Of a stretch of DNA of 64,000 nucleotides, positions 41,165 through 54,192 are shown in pieces. Origin of the DNA: Octopus sinensis (lineage: Eukaryota); contig NC_043008.1 in NCBI RefSeq assembly GCF_006345805.1, positions 62,000,001-62,064,000 on the forward strand, in the 5' to 3' direction. The notes under the pieces were generated by a model. That model was not told the origin of the DNA, made no database searches, and saw only the letters and a list, made by a program, of their open reading frames with translations. Positions within the stretch are counted from its first letter, which is position 1. Each line of letters begins with the position of its first letter. The translations under genes were made by a program, and so were the position numbers.

Positions 41165-44081
41165 GTTTCAAAACTATGATCAAAATGTTTCACTACTAAC
41201 CATCATGTATTTTTCTTTAGCGACAGATTACAGACACTGGTCATCTTTTTTTTAGGCAGCAGTAGTATTTGAGAAATATGTGGCTGTTATTTCTAAAATG
41301 TTTATCAACAGTATTAAAGATCGAGAATCCCTTTTGGGTTGAGTCTACAATTGGTATTGTCCAGATGTTTTGTATTGCCTTTGAGGAGTTCTCTTAATGA
41401 GTCCTGCTATTGAAACAACTTACAGGTTTATCCTATCGAACAGGTTTATCTTATGTCATTGCTTTTGTAGTTTTTAGCTTCACATAAAAATTCATGGAAA
41501 AGATATAAAATCGTAGACGTTTAAGCTGTACACTTCCCATCCTTTTTTTTAAACCAGCCAATGTATTTGTGTCTTATAATGTCACGATCGACTCTTAGTA
41601 ACTTTAATAGCAAATAGTATATGTTTATCGTGGAATTTTCATTGGGTAGTATAACGATAGCTTTTCGCTGCCTTCCTTCGGATATTTACTAGTAAGATAC
41701 CATGTTGTCAGCTATGTAAGGATAGGTTCACCATATTGCCTGAACGCTTGGGAAGTAAAATGAGCCAGTACAAACTCTGCAAAGCCTCCAGTATAATGCG
41801 CTATTAATTACGCAACCATGGCTGATTTGGTATTTTATTTTATGAATCCCGAAAGAATGAACTTGTAATGAAAAGGCATTTTCCTACTCTCTAACAATTC
41901 TGCTATTCACTGTTATAAGAATATCCAGGACAGCACATCGATAGGAAAATTTCCTGTTTCTAGATAGTAGTTATTGATTTTTAAAAAAGACTTCGCAAGC
42001 CAGTAAGCTGCGTAAAGCTAATGTACTTTTGAATTTGCCAACATGAGTTTAGCTCAACCAAATATATAATTTGTATTGTTGATCTTTAGTATTGGGCGGC
42101 TATTTTAACTATGGCAATCTTGTTTGTATTCTGAATCATGCTCAGTAAATATTTAGAGAATGAAAATATAACGTCCTCACATCATATGCAATGGGAAGTT
42201 TATTGAAGGCGAATGGTGCTGCTGTATTATAAACCAGCTCTAGAAACTACATTAATGCACATTTTCTAATTCATTACGAAGTGTGAAGTTAACACCATTA
42301 TATTCCTATACGTTTGTATTGTTTGGTATACCAGGTGATGTCGCTTCATTCCGCTATATTCCACAGTATATAGTGATTCAAGTTAATATGTTTTGCTGTG
42401 TTTAGGAAGAGTTTCAATGGACGGAAATAGGTTAATTGCTCTTGATGTAATTTCGAGAAATTAGTTAAGCTCTAGTAGATAAAGTAGTATCATAAAGAAA
42501 AAATTGATTTCTTTGGGTCCATCATAATTCTTATGTTCGTTAAGGAGGAATACATGTTCTAACAGGATCAAATGAATGGACCAAATATTCAATAGAAAGA
42601 TAAAAGCAAAGAAGAGAAAGGCGGGGAAAGGGAAAGAAGGGAAGAAAAGTGAATTGAATATATCTGGCATAATAATGGCACTTTTTTTATGAAATGTAAA
42701 GAAAGGCTAGGTATAGGTTGACTCCTGAGGGATTTAGCTTTCAACACAGAATGAATGGAAAAGCTATATATTACGAGGTATTTAGTTGTCTATCATTCAT
42801 TCCAAATATGAAATTATTACTGACACTATTAACCTCATCATTGTGTATGTTTTCATTAGCACATTTCATTTCGTTGGTAAAATTTTCATCTTTTGTAACT
42901 TATTGATATCTGAGAACGAGGCACAAGGCCAACTTTCATTGAGAAAGTGATACAACCGATACATTAATTACAATACATTATTACTGCGTATTTTAATCAA
43001 TCCTTGAATAACGGTTAGCAAAGTTGACAGCAGTAGAATTTTCCATTAGGCCTAAGATGAAATTAAATACCCTAATTCGTTAACCTACATACTATCGTGG
43101 AGTATTCGTACTCTGCTATATTCAATGTTCAAATCTAGCAGAGGTTAATTTAGTAGAGTCTCCGAAGCTACTGAGTTGAAAAACTCTGATTCAACAAAAA
43201 TATTCCTGTTTTCCGTAGGTAACAATACACTTCTGGATGCTTAAAACTCCAAAACCACCAGCATACAAGGGAGATCACTCACATAAAATCAGTTAACTGA
43301 AATATTTGGAAATTAAAAGTCGATGCAGATAGCAGGGGTTTCCTCTTTATTAACTAATTGATATTAGCAACAGACCAATTTAGATCTCCATCTCCTCAGT
43401 GAAGCATATTCTTCTAAATTCGGAAGAATTATTTGGTCAATCACTTAAATAGCGATAAGGTTATGCTATGGTTACAACGGGATTGATTTAATTAGTTGTA
43501 TGCTCTACCAATAAAAGTTAACCTTGTACTTAGCAAAACAAATTAAAAATTCTTTTTATCTTAAATCTTTGTTTCTTTTTCTTAATTTTTAACATTTTAT
43601 TACATCGCTGTTTAACGCGGTAATAATTTTTTTCTTTCTATATTATGGTACGCTTTCATTTAGTCCTTTTTCCTGTGCTGTATTTATTTAGAATATGGTT
43701 GCTTTTGTATCAGTAGCTTCAAATTTATTATTACATATTTTGTTATTGTTTGTTATACATACATATATACATCAGCACATATATACATACATACATATAT
43801 ATATAAACATGCATATAAATATATATATGTAAGTATGAATACATGCATATATATATATATATGAGTGTGTGTGTTTACATATACATATATATATACATCT
43901 GTGCACATATACATACATATATATAAATGAATACATACATACATGTATATACATTTACGTGTATATATATATGTATATATATATATATATATATACATCT
44001 GTACACATATACATATATATATATAAATACATACATACATGTATATACATTTACGTGTATATATATATAGAAATATGTGTG

Positions 44082-44119
<38 letters not shown>

Positions 44120-45243
44120 CATGCATATACATGTATATATACACATATATATAAATATAATTTTTGGAATATTTTTTCTTTCTTCGAGCTGCATCACTTC
44201 TGCGTAATACCCACACGCATGTATATATATGTATGTGTGTGATGTTATTGCTGCGTGAGAAATTTCTACTGCAGTGATCCTGCGTACGTTATTTCTTTGA
44301 AAACTGTGAGATTTTCACCGTACATTATAGTATCATATCTGTGTAATTTCACACATGACTAGCATGAAATAGTGAAGAAACTAAATTACTACAGGGGAGT
44401 TGCAAAACATGTAAGAAACAAAAATTTTGAAAATAATACTAAAATTTGTTTTTTTTAGTTTAAATTATACTTTATAAGAAATAAGAACTATTTCCACTGT
44501 ATTTATTATTTATTCTCTTGTCTAAAAAATATATTAATTCACAAATAAACAAAAGCAAAATATAGAAAACAAAATATATAACAAATTCTTTATTTTTCAT
44601 ACATGCATCAATGAATTTTGTTTTCTTTGATTATCTCACTAATTAGGCAGAGTAATTTAAATAAAGGTGCATCAAAAGTCATATCCAACGAGCTTTTCTG
44701 CAGATGAAACAGTTAATTAGTACAGAAAAATCGAATTAAAGTAGAATTAGCAGATGTTAGAAAATTTAATCTATTTTTCAAGTCGAATATTTCGTTAGAG
44801 TATTTTCTACTAATCTGTTTTGCATCTAAACTTTTGTTGGTTATTATAAAACTATTCTTAGAAACATATTTTAATGTTCACTTTTGGAGCATTCTAGGTC
44901 AAAATAAAAGATGGACTTTATTATTTTTCTAAAGTTTTATTATATTTTTCAAACAAAAAAGCAAATTGAGAATAATTTCATTTATAATGAAATGAATAGA
45001 AACTTCTCCACTTTTCTTAATTCCATTTATTAAATAACTATTTTTTACAATAAATTGTGTTTAGCTATTCTTATTATGTCCACGTTTGTTGCATAATGGT
45101 GATAGCGTATGTTCAAACAGGTCCATAGTGTAGATCAATTTGCATTTTCAACTGCTGTTACAGTGGCATCTGAAGCTCAGAACAGGTAGGTCTCACGTAA
45201 TCTCCACTCTAGTCTTCTACCTCACACATTTCTTCTCTCGTTT

Positions 45244-45278
<35 letters not shown>

Positions 45279-45463
45279 ACTTGCTGACACATATATATGT
45301 GTGGTGTGTGTGAGTGTATGTGTTACATAGCATATAAGCATGTTTGTATATATATATATATATATATATATAAATGATGATAAGTTCGTTATTTAAATAT
45401 CGATCTTATCAAGTGGCCAGCATGGGAATAAAAACCTTCAGAAGAAATAATTATTATTAAGAT

Positions 45464-45608
45464 TATAATTTAGGGTGTCTAAGAGATACCACCACGCTGG
45501 AAATAGCAACCAAAACTTGACTCTAAAACCACATCAAATGTTGTTTTAGTGTCAAGTTTTGGCTGCTACTTCCAGCGTGGTGGTATCTCTTAGATACCCT
45601 AAATTATA
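45464..45608. repeat. 145-bp fold-back with 66-bp arms and 4 mismatches
   Basis: 45464-45529 is the reverse complement of 45543-45608. It contains the gaaatagcarccaaa module seen in the Penelope-like repeats. Confidence 0.9.
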
Positions 45609-45660
<52 letters not shown>

Positions 45661-45664
<4 letters not shown>

Positions 45665-46116
45665 AATGTAATGTGTGACAATTATTCGGTAGCCATGACA
45701 AAACTCCGAGTTTCGGATGCCGAGGTGGAAATCCACGCCGCCATCTCTTCAGTTATCCAGCCATCGGAAAAATGCTATGAAAAATGACCGTTAAACAAAG
45801 GGAAATTACTGTTTGATTCACCGTGGGTGTGCGGGCGCGCGTGTGTAGGTATGAACAGGCGCGCTTACGTAAATGCTATGAACTATTTAACCCCTTACTT
45901 TTACTCCCTCCCCTTACTTAGCGGTCATTCAAATAGCTCTTTTGTCTTAATAACAGTCAATCACACAGTTATTTCCCTTTGTATAACGGTCATTTTTCAT
46001 AGCACTTTTCCGATGGCTGAATAACTGAAGAGATGGCGGCGTGGATTTCCACCTCGGCATCCGAAACTCGGAGTTTTATCAGGGCTACCGAATAATTGTC
46101 ACATATTACATTTACA
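45661..46116. mobile_element. 456-bp element with 158-bp inverted arms, each holding a hammerhead-like motif (inverted Penelope-like termini)
   Basis: 45661-45818 and 45959-46116 are reverse complements with about 9 mismatches. CUGAAGA...GAAAC-UCGGA-GUU occurs at 46025-46075 (+) and in mirror image at about 45697-45757 (-). Confidence 0.75.
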
Positions 46117-46141
46117 GATAAATTCCTCTATTTACATAATA

Positions 46142-46376
46142 TCTATTTCTTTATTACCCACAAGGGGCTAAACATACAGGGGACAAACATGGACAGACAT
46201 AGGTATTAAGTCGATTATATCGACCCCAGTGCTTAACTGGTACTTAATTTATCGAACCCGAAAGGATGAAAGGCAAAGTCGACCTCGGCGGAATTTGAAC
46301 TCACAACGTAACGGCAGCCGAAATACCGCTAAGCATTTCGCCCGACGTGCTAACGATTCTGCCAGCTCGCCGCTTT
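46142..46376 (-). mobile_element. SINE family 2, full length
   Basis: From the tail ctatttctttattaccc to the head ...gccagctcgccgc. Confidence 0.9.
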
Positions 46377-46594
46377 ACATAATATCGTGGTCTCTTTCTT
46401 TCTTTTGTTGTCTTACCATTTTTATCAATATATATGTGTGTGTGTAAGCAAACTACATATATATAACCCCTTTTTCCAATCCTTCCCCTCCAGATTTTCT
46501 ATTCCATCTTTTCTTTTTTTTTTAACAGGCTTAGAAAAAGATGTTGAAAATTTGACTAGCCCACATAAATCACTTTCATTATTTATAATATTTA

Positions 46595-46822
46595 TTTCTT
46601 TATTGCCCACAAGGGGCTAAACATAGAGGGGACAAACAAGGACAGACAAACGGATTAAGTCGATTATATCGACCCAGTGCGAAACTGGTACTTTATTTAT
46701 CGACCCCGAGAGGATGAAAGGCAAAGTCGACCCCGGCGGAATTTGAACTCAGAACGTAACGACAGACGAAATACCGCTAAGCATTTCGTCCGGCGCGCTA
46801 ACGATTCTGCCAGCTCGCCACC
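46595..46822 (-). mobile_element. SINE family 2, full length
   Basis: Same structure as the 46142 copy. Older diverged plus-strand copies follow at about 46838-47360. Confidence 0.9.
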
Positions 46823-47616
46823 TGTTATTTATAATATTGATGGCGATGAACTGGCAGAATCGTTATGGCATCAGTAAAAATAAAATGCTTTGCAGCATTT
46901 CTTCCGGCTAAGGCGGTGTGCTGGCAGAATTGTTTGCACACCAGGTAAAATGTGTCGCAACATTTTGCCCGTGTTTACGTTTTTTAATTCAAATTCTGCC
47001 GACGTCGATTTTGACTTACAACCATTCGGGGGGGTCAATGAAATAAGTACCCGTTGACTACTTGGGTCGATATAGTCGATTTACCTCCACCCACAAACTT
47101 ACTGGCCTTGTGCCAAATTTTGAAGCCATTATTTCTTCTGGCAAAGGTGGCGAGTTTGCAGTATCATTAGCACGCGGGACAAAATGCTTAGCGACATTTC
47201 GTCTGTTTTTATATTCTGAGTTCAAATTCTATCGAGGTCGACCCTATCTTTCATCCTTTCACGGTTGATAAAATTAGTACCAGTTGAGCACTGGGGTCAA
47301 TATAATCGACTAATCCCACCTCCACTTCCGAAACTGATGCCGCTGTACCAACATTTGAAACCACCGGTATTTCTTCCGGCTTTTTGCCTTCTAATTTCAA
47401 ATTGAGCCGAAGTCAATATTTACTTTCCTTGCTCTGCCATCCATCAACAAAGTAAGAATCAGTGTATCACTTGGTGATAGTATCAACTATGCCCCTCCAC
47501 TCAAAATTAATGGCCTTGTTCTTTAATTAAAGACCGTTATTTATACTACTGAACTTTACTCATCTTTTAATCTACCTACATCATATTAGCGAGAATGAAA
47601 TAGTTAAATGGATGGA

Positions 47617-47980
47617 AGCACTCCGTCGGTTACGACGACGAGGGTTCCGGTTGATCCGACGAATCAACGGAACAGCCTGCTCGTCAAATTAACGTGTAAG
47701 TGGCTGAGCACTCCACAGACACGTGTACCCTTAACGTAGTTCTCGGGGATATTCAGCGTGACACAGAGAGTGACATGGCCGGCCCTTTGAAATACAGGTA
47801 CAACAGAAACAGGAAGTAAGAGTGAGAGAAAGTTGTGGAGAAAGAGTACAGCAGGGATCACCACCATCCCCTGCCGGAGCCTCGTGGAGCTTTAGGTGTT
47901 TTCGCTCGATAAACACTCACAACGCCCGGTCTGGGAATCGAAACCGCGATCCTATGACCTCGAGTCCATTGCGCCTCAAC
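47617..47980 (-). mobile_element. SINE family 4 variant with a different tail
   Basis: Shares ctgccggagcc(t/g)cgtggagct..ggtgttt.cgctc.ataaacac and a B-box with 14185-14498, but the 3' part is unrelated. Confidence 0.75.
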
Positions 47981-48945
47981 AATAGTTAAATATATTCTTA
48001 ACGTACACATTACGATGTTTCTGATTGAATATAAATCTTTGATTCCATTTACGACAGGAATCACATTTGTTTACATGACACTTTGTGACCCACATAAATT
48101 AAAATGGACTACACAGTGAAAACTGTCGCAGTTAACAGAAACATGCTGTATCTCATTAAGATGTAGTTTTTAAATAATAACCAGTATTCGTTGATTACTG
48201 GTTTCTAACTGGTAAATCACAGGTTAGCTGCCTTTATGATAGTGACAAATTGATGAATGAGTGTCGGTGATAATGAGTAATACGGGCGGGATAAATAACG
48301 GGTGGGATAAATATCGGGTGGGATAAATATCACAAGAACTTAATTCGAAAGTAACAGTATTATTTGGTTTGTTTTCTATTTTCACTTCTTACCACTGATA
48401 TACACACATTCACACGTATACATGCATGTATAAAAACAAACATGCTTATAAGCGATGTAACACACTGGAAGCGAACGCAGAGACACAAGGCAGCAAATTG
48501 AAGTTGTTTATTACAGAACTAGATCTATACACATTTAGATAATTGAATGAATGTAGTGTAAGTGAACGGTAAGATTTTCAGGAATCAAACCTCATTCTTT
48601 GTTTTATAGCAATTTATATTAGCCAATTGTAGGACGACTGGTTGATTAACCAAATGAAACCTATTGAATATATAATGTCCGTAAAACATTACAGTCAGGA
48701 AATTACTTAATAGCAAGTCATTAGTCTTTGTAAAAGTTTCTATCATACGTGCAACACCCTCAGTGGGAAGGGATGGAGTTAATAAATTAATTACTACTTG
48801 ATTCGTGATTTTATCAAACCAGAAGAAAAGCAGACTTCATCGTGATTTGAACACAAAATGCAAGCGTATGCACAAAATAATGCAAAACATTGTAACTATT
48901 TTCCAAATCACCACGCCTTTTATTATTTGTTATTGATTGTAGAAT

Positions 48946-49556
48946 CTTTTTACTCTAGGCACAATCCCCGAAATGTTTTGAGAGGGTGCCAGTCGATTAG
49001 ATCGACTCCCAGTATGCAAATGATAATTTATCAACACCGAAAAGATGAAAGGCAAAGTCGACCTCGGCGGAATTTAAACTCAGGACGTAAAGACAGACGA
49101 AATACTTATTTCTTTACTACCCACAAGGGGCTAAACACAGAGAGGGCAATCAAGGGCAGACAAACGGATTAAGTTGATTATACCGACCCCAGTGCGTAAC
49201 TGGTACTTATTTAATCGACCCCGAAAGGATGAAAGGCAAAGTCGACCTCGGCGGGATTTGAACTCAGAACGTAACGGCAGACGAAATACCGCTAAGCATT
49301 TCGCCCGTCGTGCTAACGTTTCTTATTTCTTTATTGCCCACAAGAGGCTAAACATAGAGGAGACAAAAAAGGACAGACAAACGGATTAAGTCGATTATAT
49401 CAACCCCAGTGCGTAACTGGTACTTAATTTATCGACCCCGAAAGGATGAAAGGCAAAGTCGACCTCGGAGGAATTTGAACTCAGAGCGTAACGGCAGACG
49501 AAATACCGCTGAGCATTTCGCCCGGCGTGCTAACGTTTCTGCCAGCTCGCCGTCTT
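48946..49556 (-). mobile_element. SINE family 2 trimer with mixed tails and mixed junction types
   Basis: Junctions at 49105/49106 and 49322/49323. Flanked by attgtagaat at 48936-48945 and 49564-49573. Confidence 0.9.
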
Positions 49557-50262
49557 GTAATTAATTGTAGAATGATTTATTAACGTTTAATACATAAATG
49601 GGTTAATGCAATTTTGGAAGCAAAGATTTTCTATAACAATTTCAATGTTAATTTTATTATAAACCGAAAATTCTTGGCGGTGAATAAAAGTATTCTAGGA
49701 AGGTTTATATTTGGCATTGCTGTTCCAAATATATTTTTGTTGCTGTTCCTGAAAATACTATTTTACAAACAAACTTATCTTATATTTAGGTCTGCTGAAT
49801 CATTGTATGTATTTCTGCTCTGCTTAGACATAGCTACAAGCAAAGGATTAAACTATTTCAGCGCAGAGATACCACGTTAGCATTGTTAACTGCCTCCATT
49901 TTCTTCCTCTTTGTCGTCATCATTGTCTTTAACCTCGTCATCCCGAACACAATTGAAGGAGGGTATATGTGTATTCGCCCATATTTCAGACTGATCGTAC
50001 ACAAATCAGACTCTACTACATTAACTGGACGTTTTAAATGTTGTCCTATTTTGACAAAAGTCCCTTACGTTCATATACGAAACGCATTTAATATTAACTC
50101 GTTTAATTCGTGTTGACTTGAGATTGAACACCATCATTGTCATCAGTCATCATCATCAACAACTACAACAACGACGATGACATTTTCACAGGCAATATCC
50201 TTATCATCTACACGATGAAGTTATTAGAACCATGAACGTTTGACTAAATATTCAGCAACGTA

Positions 50263-50500
50263 AGGGTGTCGAGCTGGCTGAATCGTTATCATGCCGGGCG
50301 AAACGCTTAGCAGTTTTTCGTCTGCTGCTACGTTCTGAGTTCAAATTCCGTCGAGGTTGACTTTGCCTTTCATCCTTCTGAGGTCGATAAATTAATTACC
50401 AATTACGCACTGGGAGGGGGGGTCGATGTAATCGACTTAATCCGTTTGTTTGTCCTTGTTTGTCCCCTCTATGTTTAGCCCCTTATGGGCAATAAAGAAA
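50263..50500 (+). mobile_element. SINE family 2 with target-site duplication
   Basis: taaatattca(g/a)caacgta at 50245-50262 and 50501-50518. Confidence 0.9.
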
Positions 50501-51471
50501 TAAATATTCAACAACGTATCGATGTAATGTGTCTAAATCCAAATGTACTCCACTCATCAATAAATGGACACCATGAATAGGCTAAACTACCCATCAGCTA
50601 CAGTGAGCCATTTAGAGGATAAGAGTTACTGTTTGATTGGTGTCTGATTTGTATATACCATTGCTTTTAATAAAAGCACAAGAATAACAATTTTCCAGGA
50701 AGAATATTATCTGATACTATCTCACCTCGAACTGAGATACTTTACAACCTTTCAACAATTCTACCTACGCACGGCCTTTTGTCAGTTTGTAATATAACGT
50801 CCTTATATTTGCGTAGAGTAAGGTAACCTGGTGTTTCAGAGATATCTATTCATCTTTCATTTTTTAAAATTTATTGATTAGGGAAAGCCATACTCAAGAG
50901 TCTTTACTGGGTGTCTATCCAAGAAAGAAAACTGAACGTTTAAACTGTGTTGGAAAGGTTTCTCTTTTTCTTTCTCTATTTCTCTCCTTTTTCTCTGAAG
51001 AGGAAACAACAACCGAGACTTCAAATTTCCTTTTCCACGGGGAATAAATACTTACCGAAGTCATTTCCTTCTTTGTATAGCTGTAGCCAATGCAAAAAGA
51101 TCACTGGTTTCATTCATCTATTTTTAGTACCAAGTATTTCTGTTGCTCAGGTGTAAGTCGTATGAAATCATTCGAGTGCATCTTTGTATAGAAAGTTTTG
51201 GATTCGATTAGTTACAAAGATTCTCAATTATCTTCTGGCATCTTGTGTGTTTCAAAGTAGTTAAGAAGGAAGAAGATAGATCAAGTGATACGCGACCCTA
51301 CTGTTCCTATAAATCATTCATAATTATATAGGGTAAGGCAGGTGAAAGATTATTCCTTTATTAAGAGGAATATCGAAATAACAAATGTCTATTTAAACAT
51401 GGTGATGCAGACCACTGTAAAGACATGGCTTAGTGGTTAAGATGTTGAACCCACAATCGTTAAGTAATATC

Positions 51472-51709
51472 TATTTCTTTACTACTCACAAGGGGCTAAA
51501 CACAGAGGAGACAAACAAGGACACACAGAAGTATTTAAGTCGATTATATTAACCCCAGTGCGTAACTGGTACTTAATTTATTGACACCGAAAGGATGAAA
51601 GGCAAAGTCGACCTCGGCGGAATTTGAACTCAGAACGTAACGGCAGACGAAATACCACTAAGCATCTCACCCAGCATGCTAACGTTTCTGCCATCTCGTC
51701 GCCTTTAAC
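51472..51709 (-). mobile_element. SINE family 2 with a perfect 16-bp TSD, inside an older tRNA-SINE head
   Basis: atcgttaagtaatatc at 51456-51471 and 51710-51725. The host head starts acatggcttagtggttaag at about 51423. Confidence 0.9.
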
Positions 51710-52157
51710 ATCGTTAAGTAATATCTTCAATTATCGGATCAGGCGGTGCGTTAATCCTTTCAGCAAGACAAGTTCTATTTTTAAATGAAAATAAGTACCT
51801 CACTGCAATGTCGAAGAGAGACTTCCGATCTCAATATCCCCAGACACACTGAACATCCGGATGATGTCCAGCTACATGGGTCTGTTGCTTTGCCGTGGAC
51901 ATAGACAAGTAGAAAAACTATATTTGGTGAGGACCACTAATTTTTCACACCGATACCAAAGAAGTTGTCTCTTACATAATTCTTCGGCAGAAATGCTCAG
52001 CTCAGCTCAACATTCCAAAGTATTATCGATCAAATCACGAAGTAGACATTAGAATTTCTATTCGTTGCCATAATACAGAAATATTTAATGTCTTAGTTAT
52101 ATATAGCTTGCATTTGACTTTTTCATGTTACAACTAGGTTAGACATGTTTTTAAATA

Positions 52158-52520
52158 TGGTAAGTAGCTTGCTTACGAACCATATGGTTCGGGTTCAGTC
52201 CCACTGCGTGACACCTTGGGCAAGTGTCTTCTACTATAGCCTCGGGCCGACCAAAGCCTTGTGAGTGGATTTAGTAGACGGAAACTCAAAGAAGCCCGTC
52301 GTATTTATGTGTATATGTATGTGTGTGCAAGTGTTTGTGTGTCTGTTTTTGTCCCCCCAACATCGCTTGACAACCGATGCTGGTGTGTTTACGTCCCCGT
52401 AACCTAGCGATTCGGCAAAAGGAATAAGTCCTGGGGTCGATTTGCTCGACTAAAGGTAGTGCTCCAGCATGACCGCAGTCAAATGACTGAAACAAGTAAA
52501 AGAGTAAAGAGTAAAAGAGT
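52158..52520 (+). mobile_element. SINE family 1
   Basis: Homologous to the 1627-2039 copy, with a (gtaaaaga)n tail. Confidence 0.9.
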
Positions 52521-52830
52521 ATTTACTGAATAATGGTCAATTTATTTTCATTGAATAGATAACTGACATAATACCAGAACTCATTTGTACAAAAATTTTA
52601 CTGACAAAGCATTAAGCATTTAAATAAAACCAAATTTGTCAGAAGGTCTGGCAAGTATGAACGTTGAGGTGGTACGGCTGTATCTATGATGATAGTAGTG
52701 GGTTTCATCAGCTCTTCAAACAATAATCATCTGAAATCTGGACACCAATGAAACAGTTACTGCTCCAGCATTACTTATGTTTGGAGTAACGTTTCATACA
52801 CCCTACTATGGTATCCACTTGTTTATGATA

Positions 52831-53229
52831 AACTAGCAGTATCGCCCGGCGTTGCTCGGGTTTGTTTCGACCCTTTAAAATTGGAATTTTTGAAAAGTAA
52901 AAATTTTGCATTATGTAGCTTGTTATTCACTTTAAGTGAACATTTTTTCTGGTAGAAATACACCGAAAAATGGCGACACAACATACAAGAAATTTTTTTA
53001 AAAAATAGGGATTTTCATAGAAAAATAGCACCTTTTTAATGTAAATAATTTTTTATATTAACATGGTCCGATTTGAAATTTTTCTTCTACGGAAGGAAGA
53101 ACAATCCTTCTTCTAACATACTCTCAATTTTGGTCAACTTGCGCCGCTGGGTCTAGGAGGAGACAGTGTTAGTTGAAGGCTACCAAACCTGCCATACACA
53201 GACAACTTCAGCTTTATATAGAGAGAGAT
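52831..53229 (+). mobile_element. Non-autonomous Helentron/Helitron-like element (HINE/DINE-1 type)
   Basis: Start aactagcagtatcgcccggcgttgctcggg (cccgg..cggg hairpin) and end acagacaacttcagctttatatagagagagat are the terminal patterns typical of these elements. No TIR or TSD seen. Confidence 0.65.
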
Positions 53230-53501
53230 TGTCTACGATTGCAGTACTCTGATAGTGATGCGTTACGAAACATTAAAACCTTTATTTGATTATAAGTACC
53301 TGTACAACTCAATGTTTTCCCTATCGTTCATTTTTTTAAAATTTTTTAGTCGAGAAAACCTACCCCAGGACTTATTCTTTGTATGCCTAGCACTTCTTCT
53401 ATCTGTCTCTCTTGCCAAACCGCTAAGTTACGGCAACATTGGCTGTCAAACGATGGTGGTGGGGACAAACACAGACACACAACTACATACATATATACAT
53501 G

Positions 53502-53591
<90 letters not shown>

Positions 53592-53593
<2 letters not shown>

Positions 53594-53782
53594 TAGAGGG
53601 AAACCCCTATGTAGACACCCTTATGCTAGAAATAGATGCACTACGGTCTTACCACTAAGAAATAGTGGTTTACCTCTAATATGTATATAATACAATTTTA
53701 CTGGACCTTCAGTTTTTTTATATGCTAGACCACTGGTGTGAAATCGATGTTAATTAGATTAATATCTAATTTCTCACCCTCA
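53592..53782 (+). repeat. Remnant of another Penelope-like terminal repeat between (TA)n tracts
   Basis: Ends ...aattagattaatatctaatttctcaccctca, related to aattaattaatttcaccct in the 603-bp unit, and contains ctagaaatag. Confidence 0.5.
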
Positions 53783-53792
53783 TTTTAAATTT

Positions 53793-53887
<95 letters not shown>

Positions 53888-54066
53888 ATACTAAGCAATA
53901 AGGGTTTAGCAACGAGTTGCCTTACCACATACCGAATTTAGAAATAGCAGTCAAAGGGTTATAGCTATTTCTTCTACTAAAAAGGGAGATCTCAGTAAAA
54001 GCAGCATTTGGAAGGCACAAACAGGTAAGAGAGAATGAATTGACTGCAATCTATCATACATTTTTT

Positions 54067-54192
54067 TAGTTATCCACGGACGTACGTTTCGAAATCAAGT
54101 TTTAAGGAAAGCATACGAATTAAATATTAAATATTAAATAATAAATAATTCTATCTTACCGAAACTTCTTTTCTCTTCAGCGTAGAATACTA
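54067..54192 (-). ncRNA. Type I hammerhead ribozyme motif, block 1 (three copies; cores at 54174, 54777, 55380)
   Basis: Reverse complement of the block-2 motif; all three cores read CUGAAGA. Confidence 0.8.
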
